Source: Bdellovibrionales bacterium (GTDB lineage: Bacteria > Bdellovibrionota > Bdellovibrionia > Bdellovibrionales > UBA1609). Taken from it: DNA of 64,000 nt. Below, one piece after another: positions 10,095 through 18,471 of the stretch (within the stretch, counting starts at the first letter, position 1; each line of letters begins with the position of its first letter). The translations under genes and the position numbers were made by a program. The stretch covers positions 1,411,536 through 1,475,535 of the forward strand of contig JADJNU010000001.1 of assembly GCA_016714165.1 (NCBI GenBank), in the 5' to 3' direction. The notes beneath the pieces were generated by a model. The model had not been told where the DNA came from. It was given only the letters and a program-made list of their open reading frames with translations, and did no database searches.

Positions 10095-11008
10095 TTCGAA
10101 CCCCTTCCCGCCAATTGGTGCTCGATTCGGTCCGCCACCTGTCGAGTCATTTCCATCAATTGTTCCGCATCCACTCGCGAGACGGTGGTCGCCGATTTCG
10201 TCTTTCTCAATTCATTGAAGAGTCGACGCAAATCAGAGGCTGTTGTTTTATAAACCTGCTTGTAACGATACTTAATTTCGTTCATCACCGCCCGATCGCC
10301 CCACTCAAGAGCCGGCACCAGAAGTCGTCTCACCAGATAGAGTCGAAAAAGCTGATCCAAATCATACACAAAACTGTTTAAACTATCCGCTTGGTCCGGG
10401 CGCAGTTTTCGCAGCAGACCCCGTATCCCTTTATTCATTTCATTGAATGGAGAAAGAGCCGTCTTGTTGGTGGCTAGCTTTTCAAGCAAGCGTTTACGGG
10501 AGTAATATCGACGGCTCTGCCGCCAAATGAAGCCAAGAACAATTAAACCAAGCAGTACCCATACACCGTACAACCAAGGCGGATAGCCCATTTGAAAGGG
10601 TCCAAAAGGTGGCACCATCTGAGCCTGTGTTTTTCCTTCTAAAACAGATTTCACTTGCCACTCAATTTTGCTCATTTTCACTGTGTTTGTGCCATCAGAG
10701 AGAACAAGATCATCTCCCACATAATTTCCAGGTTTATATCCTGTTACCACCATTTGAATTTGATCGGGAGACTGAGTGACTACTTTCAAAGGGTAGAGGG
10801 AGTATTGCTGCTCTTGTTTACTAAATCGAATACTCGGTTGAGCTTTCCATTCGCCGACGGGCTCCCCACGACACGTGAGCAGGTACTTGCTTCCAACTGT
10901 AAAGGAGTCTAGCTTTGCCGCCCCCGCTTGAGAGGCCTCTTCAAGATTGCAATTCCAGATCGGAGCGTTTGCACTGTCAGAAGCCAAACTTTCCGGATTT
11001 GAATTCAC
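10091..11008 (-). CDS. hypothetical single-pass membrane protein of the MoxR/vWA operon
   Basis: ORF translationally coupled on both sides (4-nt overlaps); central TM helix LYGVWVLLGLIVLGFIW; no recognisable catalytic motif. Confidence 0.5.
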   Translation of the reverse strand: MNSNPESLASDSANAPIWNCNLEEASQAGAAKLDSFTVGSKYLLTCRGEPVGEWKAQPSIRFSKQEQQYSLYPLKVVTQSPDQIQMVVTGYKPGNYVGDDLVLSDGTNTVKMSKIEWQVKSVLEGKTQAQMVPPFGPFQMGYPPWLYGVWVLLGLIVLGFIWRQSRRYYSRKRLLEKLATNKTALSPFNEMNKGIRGLLRKLRPDQADSLNSFVYDLDQLFRLYLVRRLLVPALEWGDRAVMNEIKYRYKQVYKTTASDLRRLFNELRKTKSATTVSRVDAEQLMEMTRQVADRIEHQLAGRGSK

Positions 11009-11880
11009 CGTCGACTCCTTCTTTTGAAGAAGGCGATCAAGGGTTCGACAATATCCTCACCCGCTTTTAAATCAATCCGATCCACCTGGGCCCTCTTCAA
11101 AGCCAATTCCCGACTGCTTGTCTTTTCTTTTGAGGACTCCAAAAAAGCTTTCCGAAACGCAGGAGATGAGGTGTCCACGGTATAGATCTCACCAGATTCT
11201 GCGTCATGAAAATCAATGATTCCCATAGCTGGGATCTCCCTCTCAGCCGGATCCTGCACCACGGCTGCAACCGTGTCATGCTTGCGCCCCAACATTCGCA
11301 GAGGACCATCAAATCCTTCATCCATAAAATCGCTAAAGATAAAAATATGCGACTTCTTTTTTAGGACCCCTTGTAAAAACTCGAGAGCCACTTTGAGTCC
11401 TGTCCCCTGAGATTTGGGTTTAAAATAATACAAATCACTCATGATGCGATGAATGTGTCCCCGTCCTTTTTTAGGCGGAACATAGTGCTCCACCTGATCG
11501 CTAAACAAAAGCAAACCCACTGGGTCCTTGTTTTTGGCGGCAGAAAAACTGAGCAAGGCCGCCAAATGCGTCACGATTTCGCCCTTGAAATACTCCTTTG
11601 ATCCAAAATTAACAGAACCGCTCACATCAACTGCCAACATGACTGTCATCTCACGCTCTTCATCAAATTTCTTGATAAAGGGCTTTCCCGCCCGCGCGGT
11701 GACGGGCCAGGAGATCGCGCGAACATCATCGCCCGGGACGTATTCGCGAAATTCTGAAAAAGTCATCCCCTGCCCACGAAAAGCAGAATGATATTCTCCG
11801 GCGAACAGATTATTCACGAGACGCCGTGTGCTCAGTTCAAGCAACTTCACTTTTTTAAGTATCTCTGGAGGTAAACTCAA
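11005..11880 (-). CDS. DUF58 family protein (vWA-like MoxR partner)
   Basis: Typical DUF58 N-terminus LSTRRLVNNLFAGEYHSAFRGQGMTFSEFREYVPGDDVRAISWP and MIDAS-like VDVSGS; immediately downstream of MoxR ATPase. Confidence 0.8.
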   Translation of the reverse strand: MSLPPEILKKVKLLELSTRRLVNNLFAGEYHSAFRGQGMTFSEFREYVPGDDVRAISWPVTARAGKPFIKKFDEEREMTVMLAVDVSGSVNFGSKEYFKGEIVTHLAALLSFSAAKNKDPVGLLLFSDQVEHYVPPKKGRGHIHRIMSDLYYFKPKSQGTGLKVALEFLQGVLKKKSHIFIFSDFMDEGFDGPLRMLGRKHDTVAAVVQDPAEREIPAMGIIDFHDAESGEIYTVDTSSPAFRKAFLESSKEKTSSRELALKRAQVDRIDLKAGEDIVEPLIAFFKRRSRR

Positions 11881-11881
11881 A

Positions 11882-12871
11882 CTAGGGCACCTCGATATGA
11901 CTGAGCAGCTCCTTAATGATCTCTTCGGAACCGACTTCTTCGGCCTCAGCTTCGTAGGTTAAAATCAGTCGGTGGCGCAAAACATTGTAAGCAACGGCCT
12001 TAATGTCTTCAACTGTCACAAAGCCACGCCCCCTCAGAAACGCATGGGCTCTGCCGGCACGAGCCAAATTGATTGTCGCTCGCGGAGAAGCGCCTACCGC
12101 CAATAAGCTCTGAATGTGACCCAAACCATAATCGCTCGGGCTGCGAGTTGCCATGACCAATTCCACAATATAATTTTTCAATTTTTCGTCGACGTAAATG
12201 GAGTCAATTCTCTCTTTGGCTCTCATCAATTCTTCTCTTCCGATTACCGACTCAATCTGTGGTGAATGATCTGTCGACATTCTATCCAGAATCAAGGCCT
12301 CTTCTTCTTTTTTTGGATAGGTCACAATTACTTTGAACATAAATCGATCGAGTTGGGCTTCGGGCAGCGGATAAGTTCCTTCTTGTTCCAATGGATTTTG
12401 AGTTGCCAGAACCAGAAAAGGTCGCGCCAAAGGGTAGGTTTCGTCTCCAATCGTCACCTGCTTCTCAGCCATGGCTTCAAGCAGGGCACTCTGAACTTTC
12501 GCTGGAGCCCGATTGATTTCATCGGCCAAAACGATATTGGTAAAAATAGGTCCCTTTTTCGGCATAAACTCATTGGTCTTCATATTGAAAATCATCGTTC
12601 CAATGAGATCTGTAGGCAAAAGGTCGGGGGTGAATTGTATTCTTTGAAATTGCAAGGAAGTGGCTCGACCGATCGAGGAAATAACCAAGGTTTTTGCCAA
12701 GCCTGGCACACCCTCCAGCAAAACATGGCCTCCAGTTAAAAGACCCATAATTATGCTCTCGACCATTTCTCTCTGACCGACAATGATCTTGCCTACCTCG
12801 ACGATAACTTTCTCGACAAATTTGCTTTCTTGTTTGATCGCTTCGTTTAGCGCCAGTATGTCCACTTGCAC
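11882..12871 (-). CDS. MoxR-family AAA+ ATPase
   Basis: Walker A GVPGLAKT, Walker [11 protein letters not shown], typical MoxR length 329 aa. Confidence 0.9.
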   Translation of the reverse strand: MQVDILALNEAIKQESKFVEKVIVEVGKIIVGQREMVESIIMGLLTGGHVLLEGVPGLAKTLVISSIGRATSLQFQRIQFTPDLLPTDLIGTMIFNMKTNEFMPKKGPIFTNIVLADEINRAPAKVQSALLEAMAEKQVTIGDETYPLARPFLVLATQNPLEQEGTYPLPEAQLDRFMFKVIVTYPKKEEEALILDRMSTDHSPQIESVIGREELMRAKERIDSIYVDEKLKNYIVELVMATRSPSDYGLGHIQSLLAVGASPRATINLARAGRAHAFLRGRGFVTVEDIKAVAYNVLRHRLILTYEAEAEEVGSEEIIKELLSHIEVP

Positions 12872-13129
12872 GGCGTGTCTCCTCTCCGCTGACCGACCAA
12901 AAATGTATCCCGTCCACGAAAAAGCGAAATATTCTCATGGCATGGGGCTCCCATTCTCACAGGATGATCACGGAGTGACAAGAAATTCTTGAAGTTTCTC
13001 ATTGGGCGAACAGGATTTTCGCTATACACTTGCCATGAAGCAAATCAGTTGCCAGTTCGATTCTACTTGGCAATATTAGAACAATCCACGCAAGACGAGG
13101 AGCCAGAATGGGACCTCACTTCCTGAGAG

Positions 13130-14005
13130 ATGTGGGCAGACCTTAGAGGCGGGAAAATAGAAATGAATGGATCGACCAAAACATGGTTTTTGCTCTCAGT
13201 GGTTTCGATATCTGTGATCTCAGCCTTTCATTCCTGGGCTGGCAGGCAAGGCCTGCTGTGGGGCGTTATCATCTCGCTCAGCGTAAATTGCCTGATCTAC
13301 TTCTACAATGAGGTCCACCTTGGAAATGTCTTTCTGGGACAGTTGATCGAAGGTCAGAACCCTTGGGGTCTTTTAGACACTGTTCAAAAACTCGCAAAGA
13401 CGGCCAGAATTCCCGTTCCAAAAGTGGTGGTGCTTGCCTCTCTTTCCCCTCAAGCCGTGGTGATGGGGCGAAGCTGGAATTCCGCTACTCTCTATTTGAC
13501 TGAGGGCCTCCTCCGAACTCTCTCGGCTGATGAGAGAGAGGCGGTAATTGCCTACCAGATTTCTTGTATTAAAAAAATGGATACTCTTATCTTTACTTTT
13601 GCTTCTGCGATAGTAGGCGTGATTTTCACCTGCTCAAGAATAATCGATTTTTTGCTCCGTGGAATAATGGGGGCCAAAGCCGATCCAAATTCTCGACAGA
13701 ATCACCTTTGCAGTTGGCTCTTCGCGCCCATAGCCACTGCAATTGTGAAAATTTCAATCGGTTCGAGTCGGTATCTCACCAATGATGCCATAGCAGCTTC
13801 CTGGCTCAAAGATCCAAAGGCCCTCGCCCAAGCTCTCTGGAAACTGGATTCTTATGCCTCTACAATGCCCTTGGCCGTTCCCCCCTCTACGGCGCCTCTC
13901 TTTGTGGTCAACCCCTTGACTGGACGTGGTTGGACTCGTTACTTTCATGTCCATCCAAGCGTTGAAAAACGAATTAGAAATATCATCGGATACTATCCAA
14001 TTTAG
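13130..14005 (+). CDS. HtpX (peptidase M48)-like membrane protein with degenerate active site (predicted inactive pseudoprotease)
   Basis: Aligns by eye to E. coli HtpX: ...SADEREAVIAYQISCIKKMD vs ...[20 protein letters not shown] (HExxH replaced by YQxxC); third ligand region RYLTND vs REFHAD; C-terminal HVHPSVEKRIRNI vs THPPLDKRIEAL; N-terminal TM helices; alternative start at 13163. Confidence 0.65.
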   Translation: MWADLRGGKIEMNGSTKTWFLLSVVSISVISAFHSWAGRQGLLWGVIISLSVNCLIYFYNEVHLGNVFLGQLIEGQNPWGLLDTVQKLAKTARIPVPKVVVLASLSPQAVVMGRSWNSATLYLTEGLLRTLSADEREAVIAYQISCIKKMDTLIFTFASAIVGVIFTCSRIIDFLLRGIMGAKADPNSRQNHLCSWLFAPIATAIVKISIGSSRYLTNDAIAASWLKDPKALAQALWKLDSYASTMPLAVPPSTAPLFVVNPLTGRGWTRYFHVHPSVEKRIRNIIGYYPI

Positions 14006-14028
14006 TTTTCCGAGACGAATGAGATTTT

Positions 14029-14064
14029 AAAAATAGAAAAATAGAAAAATAGAAATATAGAAAG
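14029..14064. repeat. tandem 9-mer array approx (AAAATAGAA)x4 in promoter/5' region of DUF1844-like gene
   Basis: Direct reading: aaaaatagaaaaatagaaaaatagaaatatagaaa. Confidence 0.8.
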
Positions 14065-14070
14065 GGGAAT

Positions 14071-14346
14071 ATGGGCACAGAAATCAAACAAGACAACGCC
14101 AAGGGTTTGAAGGCGGACTTTTCAACTCTCATTCTTTCCATTGCCTCTTCTGCGGCCATGGCAATGGGTCTCACACCAGACCCCGCAGGGAATAAAACAG
14201 AAAAGAATCTTGAAATGGCCAGTTTTAATATTGACCTGCTCATCCTTCTCCAACAGAAGACAAAAAACAACCTGGATGCTGAAGAATCCCGCTTTCTTGA
14301 ATCACTGATTCGTGATCTTCAGGTGAAATTTATACAAATTAAATAG
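14071..14346 (+). CDS. small conserved protein, DUF1844-like (assignment from memory of family consensus)
   Basis: FSTLILSIASSAAMAMGLTPDP...IDLLILLQQKTKNNLDAEESRFLESLIRDLQ resembles DUF1844 consensus as I recall it; RBS AAGGGGA upstream. Confidence 0.45.
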   Translation: MGTEIKQDNAKGLKADFSTLILSIASSAAMAMGLTPDPAGNKTEKNLEMASFNIDLLILLQQKTKNNLDAEESRFLESLIRDLQVKFIQIK

Positions 14347-14507
14347 AGAAAATTATCACAGTGTTCCCATCTTGACGACAACGAATGTCGGCATCAAACT
14401 GCCGGTACGTGTGAAGGAAATCCATCGATATGGTGGTCTGGCGTAGCGGTTGCTTTCGCGAGGGTTTCATTGCGTGTTTGAGAAACGACCATTGGGAGGT
14501 AGTTAGT

Positions 14508-15980
14508 ATGCGTAGGACAAAGCAGAGATGGCTGATCATGGGAGCAATTTTTTTTGGCTTGTCATTGGCAGGGCTGATGGTCGGGTACTTGCCGACAGGA
14601 AATGCACAGCTTCCTAAATCACCGATTAGAGCCGGAGACCCCTTACCCGCCAATCTATTTATTGAACTCAATAAAGTGATCAATCCAACTGTCGTTAACA
14701 TTTCTACCAGTCAAACTCCCCGTCAGACGGGAAGAAGAATGCCAGGATACCCAGATCCTTTTTTTGATCTCTTCCAGCAATTCATGGGCCCCGGCCCCTT
14801 TTATCAAGAACAACAGCCGCGCCAGTCCCTGGGAACAGGATTTGTCATTCGCGAAGACGGCTTGATCCTTACCAATAACCACGTCGTCGACAAAGCTGAT
14901 GTCATCAAAGTCCAGCTCAACGAAAATGATAAGGAAACATACGATGCAAAAGTGATTGGAAAAGATGCCAGTACTGATGTTGCCTTGATCAAAATTGAAG
15001 CTAAAAAGAAACTTCCGGCTGCAAAATTAGGTTCAAGTGCAGATCTTCAGGTGGGTGAGTGGGTTGCCGCTTTTGGAAATCCTTTTGGACATGGGCACAC
15101 AATCACCAAAGGCATTATCTCAGCCTTGGGACGAGAGATTGATGAGCTCAATCGATTTCCCTTTTTGCAGACAGACGCCAGCATCAATCCGGGTAATTCT
15201 GGTGGACCTCTGGTGAATTCCCTTGGGTTCGTGGTTGGAGTTAATACAGCTATAGACGCGCGTGCACAAGGGATAGGTTTTGCTATTCCAATTGACGATG
15301 TAAAATCCATTGTCTCCGTTCTTGAAAAAGATGGAAGTATCAAACGCGGCTTTCTTGGCGTCCTTATGCAAGATCTGGATAAGGAGTCAGCGAATTCTAT
15401 CGGAATTGATCGGACCGACGGAGCTCTGTTGACTCAAATTATCCCCGAAAGCCCCGCACAAAAGGGAGGCCTTAAGCCTTACGACTTAGTCATTCAGATA
15501 AATGGAAAGAAAGTATCCAGTACACGCGATTTAAGTCGGAGCGTTTTGGGACTCAAGGCGGGAGACAAAGTCGAAGTGACTGTGGTTCGCGATAAGAAGG
15601 AAAAAAAGCTCCAAGTGACGATCGGCAAACATCCTGACGAGACAGATGAGGATCAGTTGGGCCAATCGATGAAGCGCTACAACGGTCAGAAGGCGCCCTT
15701 TGATTTGGGATTTAGAGTTGGTGATTACTCGAGGGAACTCGCCGCCGAACTTGGACTCCCCCTGCTCAGCGAACCTCGTCCCATCATTCTCGATGTGGAA
15801 AGAAACTCACTGGCCGCTGTATCGGGCTTGGCACCCGGGGACATCATCCTTGACGTGAATCGTCAGGAAGTGATCAAGGCTCGCGATGTACTGAAGACGC
15901 TCCGAAAAGACGGCATCAACGTCTTGCGGGTGCTGAAACAAAACCGAGTGGTATTGATTTATTTGAAGTCTCAGAAGTAA
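14508..15980 (+). CDS. htrA: HtrA/DegP/DegQ-family periplasmic serine endoprotease (trypsin domain + 2 PDZ)
   Basis: Catalytic triad context HVV...D...GNSGGPL; two PDZ-like regions; signal/TM MRRTKQRWLIMGAIFFGLSLAGL; start chosen at ATG 14508 after GGGAGG RBS rather than ORF-track 14430. Confidence 0.9.
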   Translation: MRRTKQRWLIMGAIFFGLSLAGLMVGYLPTGNAQLPKSPIRAGDPLPANLFIELNKVINPTVVNISTSQTPRQTGRRMPGYPDPFFDLFQQFMGPGPFYQEQQPRQSLGTGFVIREDGLILTNNHVVDKADVIKVQLNENDKETYDAKVIGKDASTDVALIKIEAKKKLPAAKLGSSADLQVGEWVAAFGNPFGHGHTITKGIISALGREIDELNRFPFLQTDASINPGNSGGPLVNSLGFVVGVNTAIDARAQGIGFAIPIDDVKSIVSVLEKDGSIKRGFLGVLMQDLDKESANSIGIDRTDGALLTQIIPESPAQKGGLKPYDLVIQINGKKVSSTRDLSRSVLGLKAGDKVEVTVVRDKKEKKLQVTIGKHPDETDEDQLGQSMKRYNGQKAPFDLGFRVGDYSRELAAELGLPLLSEPRPIILDVERNSLAAVSGLAPGDIILDVNRQEVIKARDVLKTLRKDGINVLRVLKQNRVVLIYLKSQK

Positions 15981-16013
15981 GAGAGAATTATGAAGAAGTA
16001 AGAAGCTCGTGCA

Positions 16014-16074
16014 GTCAGAGTACAGTACCGGCAGTACCGGCAGTACCGGCAGTCCCACTGTGCTCTGACTTTTT
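16014..16074 (+). terminator. putative rho-independent terminator downstream of htrA; stem GTCAGAGTACAG/CTGTGCTCTGAC with large loop made of (CAGTACCGG)x3 then T5
   Basis: Inverted repeat with one mismatch followed by TTTTT at 16070-16074. Confidence 0.45.
16023..16056. repeat. tandem 9-mer (CAGTACCGG)x3 plus partial
   Basis: Direct reading cagtaccggcagtaccggcagtaccggcagtccc. Confidence 0.85.
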
Positions 16075-16303
16075 CGGCACCGCGACGACTCCGCGCGTTT
16101 TTCATTCCAAAGGCCGGCCGAGGTCCTAAGCTAGGTCCTAAATTGAGACATTCCCCAACTATTTTGGCCTGCTCAAGACTTTTGTCTTAAGTCTTTTGTT
16201 TGGTCTGCCGTAACTGTATGTAATGGGGAGTGCGTTGAAAAACTTGCTCCCCCTTTGACGCGTCTCAAGAGATGCATAAGAGACCCACACTGGGAAGGAG
16301 CAG

Positions 16304-16609
16304 ATGATGAAAATCACCGATGTTAAGGTATTCCCCGTTAACGAAGAACGCCTCAAAGCCTACGTCACTATCACCATCGACGATTGTTTTGTTGTTCGAG
16401 ACCTGAAAGTCATCAAGGGAAATGATGGCCTCTTTGTAGCCATGCCCAGCAAGCGGCGCAAAGACGGACAATTTAAAGACATTGCCCATCCACTCAATCA
16501 GGAAACCAGAAACGAAATCGAGAAGGCCATTTTTGATGAATTCGAGAGAGAAATTCGATCACTGGGCAGCAGCCTCGATGATTTGAACCAAGAAGACCAC
16601 GAAGAATAG
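16304..16609 (+). CDS. spoVG: SpoVG family protein
   Basis: MMKITDVKVFPVNEERLKAYVTITIDDCFVVRDLKVIKGNDGLFVAMPSKRRKDGQFKDIAHPLN matches SpoVG family consensus. Confidence 0.85.
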   Translation: MMKITDVKVFPVNEERLKAYVTITIDDCFVVRDLKVIKGNDGLFVAMPSKRRKDGQFKDIAHPLNQETRNEIEKAIFDEFEREIRSLGSSLDDLNQEDHEE

Positions 16610-16698
16610 TCCTCGAATTCTGACCATATCTATTGGTTTTACCTTGATTTCCCGGCCTTTCTTGATACCTTACTGGGCTCAGTTTTCCCATTATCGAT

Positions 16699-16773
16699 TG
16701 GGGTGTCGCCAAGTGGTAAGGCATCGGATTTTGATTCCGACATTCGCAGGTTCGATCCCTGCCACCCCATCCA
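16699..16773 (+). tRNA. tRNA-Gln (anticodon UUG)
   Basis: Manual cloverleaf: acceptor TGGGGTG/CACCCCA, anticodon stem TCGGA/TCCGA with loop TTTTGAT (anticodon TTG), T-arm GCAGG TTCGATC CCTGC, discriminator T then encoded CCA. Confidence 0.8.
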
Positions 16774-16778
16774 ATTTC

Positions 16779-16806
16779 AACCGCTTAACAGGCGGTTTTT
16801 TATTTT
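16779..16806 (+). terminator. rho-independent terminator after tRNA-Gln (AACCGC-loop-GCGGTT + T-run)
   Basis: aaccgcttaacaggcggttttttatttt. Confidence 0.6.
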
Positions 16807-16836
16807 CTAGGGTCATCAGGAAAATCAAATAGTTGC

Positions 16837-16908
16837 GGTTCTACGGTTCTACGGTTCTACGGTTCTACGGTTCTACGGTTCTACGGTTCTACGGTTCTAC
16901 GGTTCTAC
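16837..16908. repeat. microsatellite (GGTTCTAC)x9, directly abutting IS terminal inverted repeat
   Basis: Nine perfect 8-bp units counted; unit also occurs at 18465-18478 (gggttctacggttcc). Confidence 0.9.
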
Positions 16909-18240
16909 TCGGTTCATGGTGGGTAATTCAAAAAAGTCATTTAAGCACAAGCATTTAGGTATCTGAGTCTATACAATTTAAAACTTTTAACGCCGTAAGC
17001 CCTCTTCTGGATTAGCTTTGCGACGTTGTTAAAGCCTTCTGTTCTGGCATTGGTAATGCGGTTGACGAAGTAATTCAAGATTTCATTTCTCCATTTCATG
17101 AGGGTGCGCCTGAGGGTTTTTATTTCGGGGATTTGGCTTAAAGCCATTTGATCTGTAATTCGAATTAACACTTTGGCAGCTGTTCTGTTTCCTTTGATTC
17201 GGTAAAATCCATGGAGGGCTTCTTTGTAATGATAAATTTCTTTTAGCTGGGGATGAAGATTGAGCCATTCATAAAGGGCTCTTCGTTCATAGGACTCAAG
17301 CTTTTACCATTTCTAAGTAGGAGTTTTCGAAGGGGACTGGTTCTTTTGTCGCCAGTGACTTGTTTTCGGTAGCGATTAAGAGCTGGATTTAAAAGCCTGA
17401 GCACATGGAACTTATCAGCAATCATCTGGGAGTTAGGAAAAAACTCTCGAACAAAGCTTTTATAGCTATCTGACAAATCTAGAACGACGTTTTTTACATT
17501 TTCTCTACCAGGGATATGTTTAAGTTGTTCAATGAGTTGCCCCTTTTACTTTTCCATGAGCGAGTTCACGAACACGCTTATTGTTGTAATCAACGAGTAC
17601 GGTTGCAAACTCTCTAAACCCATTGGCTCGAGAGAAAAGTGTTCATCTATGCCAATGGTTTTTGGCCACGGATAATTGATATGCCTCTTGAGGTTCGTCT
17701 CTAACCTCTCATAAAGAGTCTGATAGACCGTCCACGTTGAACATGCATAGGCCCTTCTGACCTTACTGAGATCCGTAAAGTTCTCACAGGCCCAAAGAAC
17801 ACCTCGTTTAAACCTCTCGGTGGTTCTTTTTCCTTTTCTGATTCCTTGAACTGGTTCGGTGAAAGGCTTTCGGCAGGTCTTACAATAGAATCTGCGTTTT
17901 AAAACATGGAGCCAGACTTGATTGCCGTGGATGGGAGCATCGTGTGCTTTGGCCCACCTTCGATCATAAACAGTCTTAGAAGGTGTCGCACACTTTGGAC
18001 AGATTTCAAAGCTGGATACTTTTTCAACCTGTTTGTGCTTTCGGCCAGATCGATCTCTCCCAAATTTTAAAAGTTTTAATTCTGGTAATAATAGAAATTG
18101 TGATATTTTTTCGTGCTGAGGCATAAGTTCTTTTCCTTTCAAAGGTTTGAGTTGTCAGGCACCCAAATCTTAGCTTGAAAAAGTCTTAGGCCTCTTCTTT
18201 TTTGACTTACCGCATCCCACCTCCAACCGTGGAGAACCAA
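16901..18240 (-). mobile_element. ISL3-family insertion sequence remnant (~1.34 kb) with imperfect terminal inverted repeats
   Basis: Left end ggttctactcggttcatggtgggtaattcaaaaaag vs reverse complement of right end ggttctccacggttggaggtgggatgcggtaagtcaaaaaag; transposase fragments inside; no clear target-site duplication found. Confidence 0.65.
16941..18142 (-). pseudogene. ISL3-family transposase disrupted into three ORFs (198+77+76 aa) by frameshifts
   Basis: N-fragment has zinc-finger CPKC...CKTC and IGIDE (first D of DDE); middle fragment IADKFHV; C-fragment TEGFNNVAKLIQKRAYGVKSFKLYRLRYL matches ISL3 C-terminal signature. Confidence 0.75.
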
Positions 18241-18471
18241 AATACCTCGGTCGATGGCGCCGCCATCGCCGAGGCTCGTCCGAACCTTCAGTCCGATTAT
18301 GGCATCCAGGATAAGGTTGAGGACGAATGTTCCAAAAGTCAAAATTTACAAAATCAAAAATCGGAGGTGGCAATCAAAGAGCTGATGAACTAAGTTGTGA
18401 ATCGTCTCGACCGAGAGAGTCATGTCCACGCAACTAAAAACTTCCGCAACTAAATTTGTTTATTTCGGGTT

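Noticed and set aside
12266-12938. ORFs of 157 and 122 aa antisense/alternate frame inside moxR
   Set aside because: Fully embedded in a strongly supported MoxR CDS; no independent support.
14339-14701. 120-aa minus-strand ORF across htrA start
   Set aside because: Overlaps the htrA signal-peptide region and promoter; no support.
16640-16698. Sigma70-like promoter for tRNA-Gln (TTGATA ...)
   Set aside because: No -10 hexamer at acceptable spacing could be identified by eye.
16023-16908. Short tandem repeat arrays considered as possible CRISPR
   Set aside because: Units are 8-12 bp with no spacers; they are microsatellite-like, not repeat-spacer arrays; no cas genes present.
18202-18393. 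63-aa ORF between IS right end and metzincin gene
   Set aside because: Starts inside the IS inverted repeat; low-complexity; could be real but unsupported, so not called.
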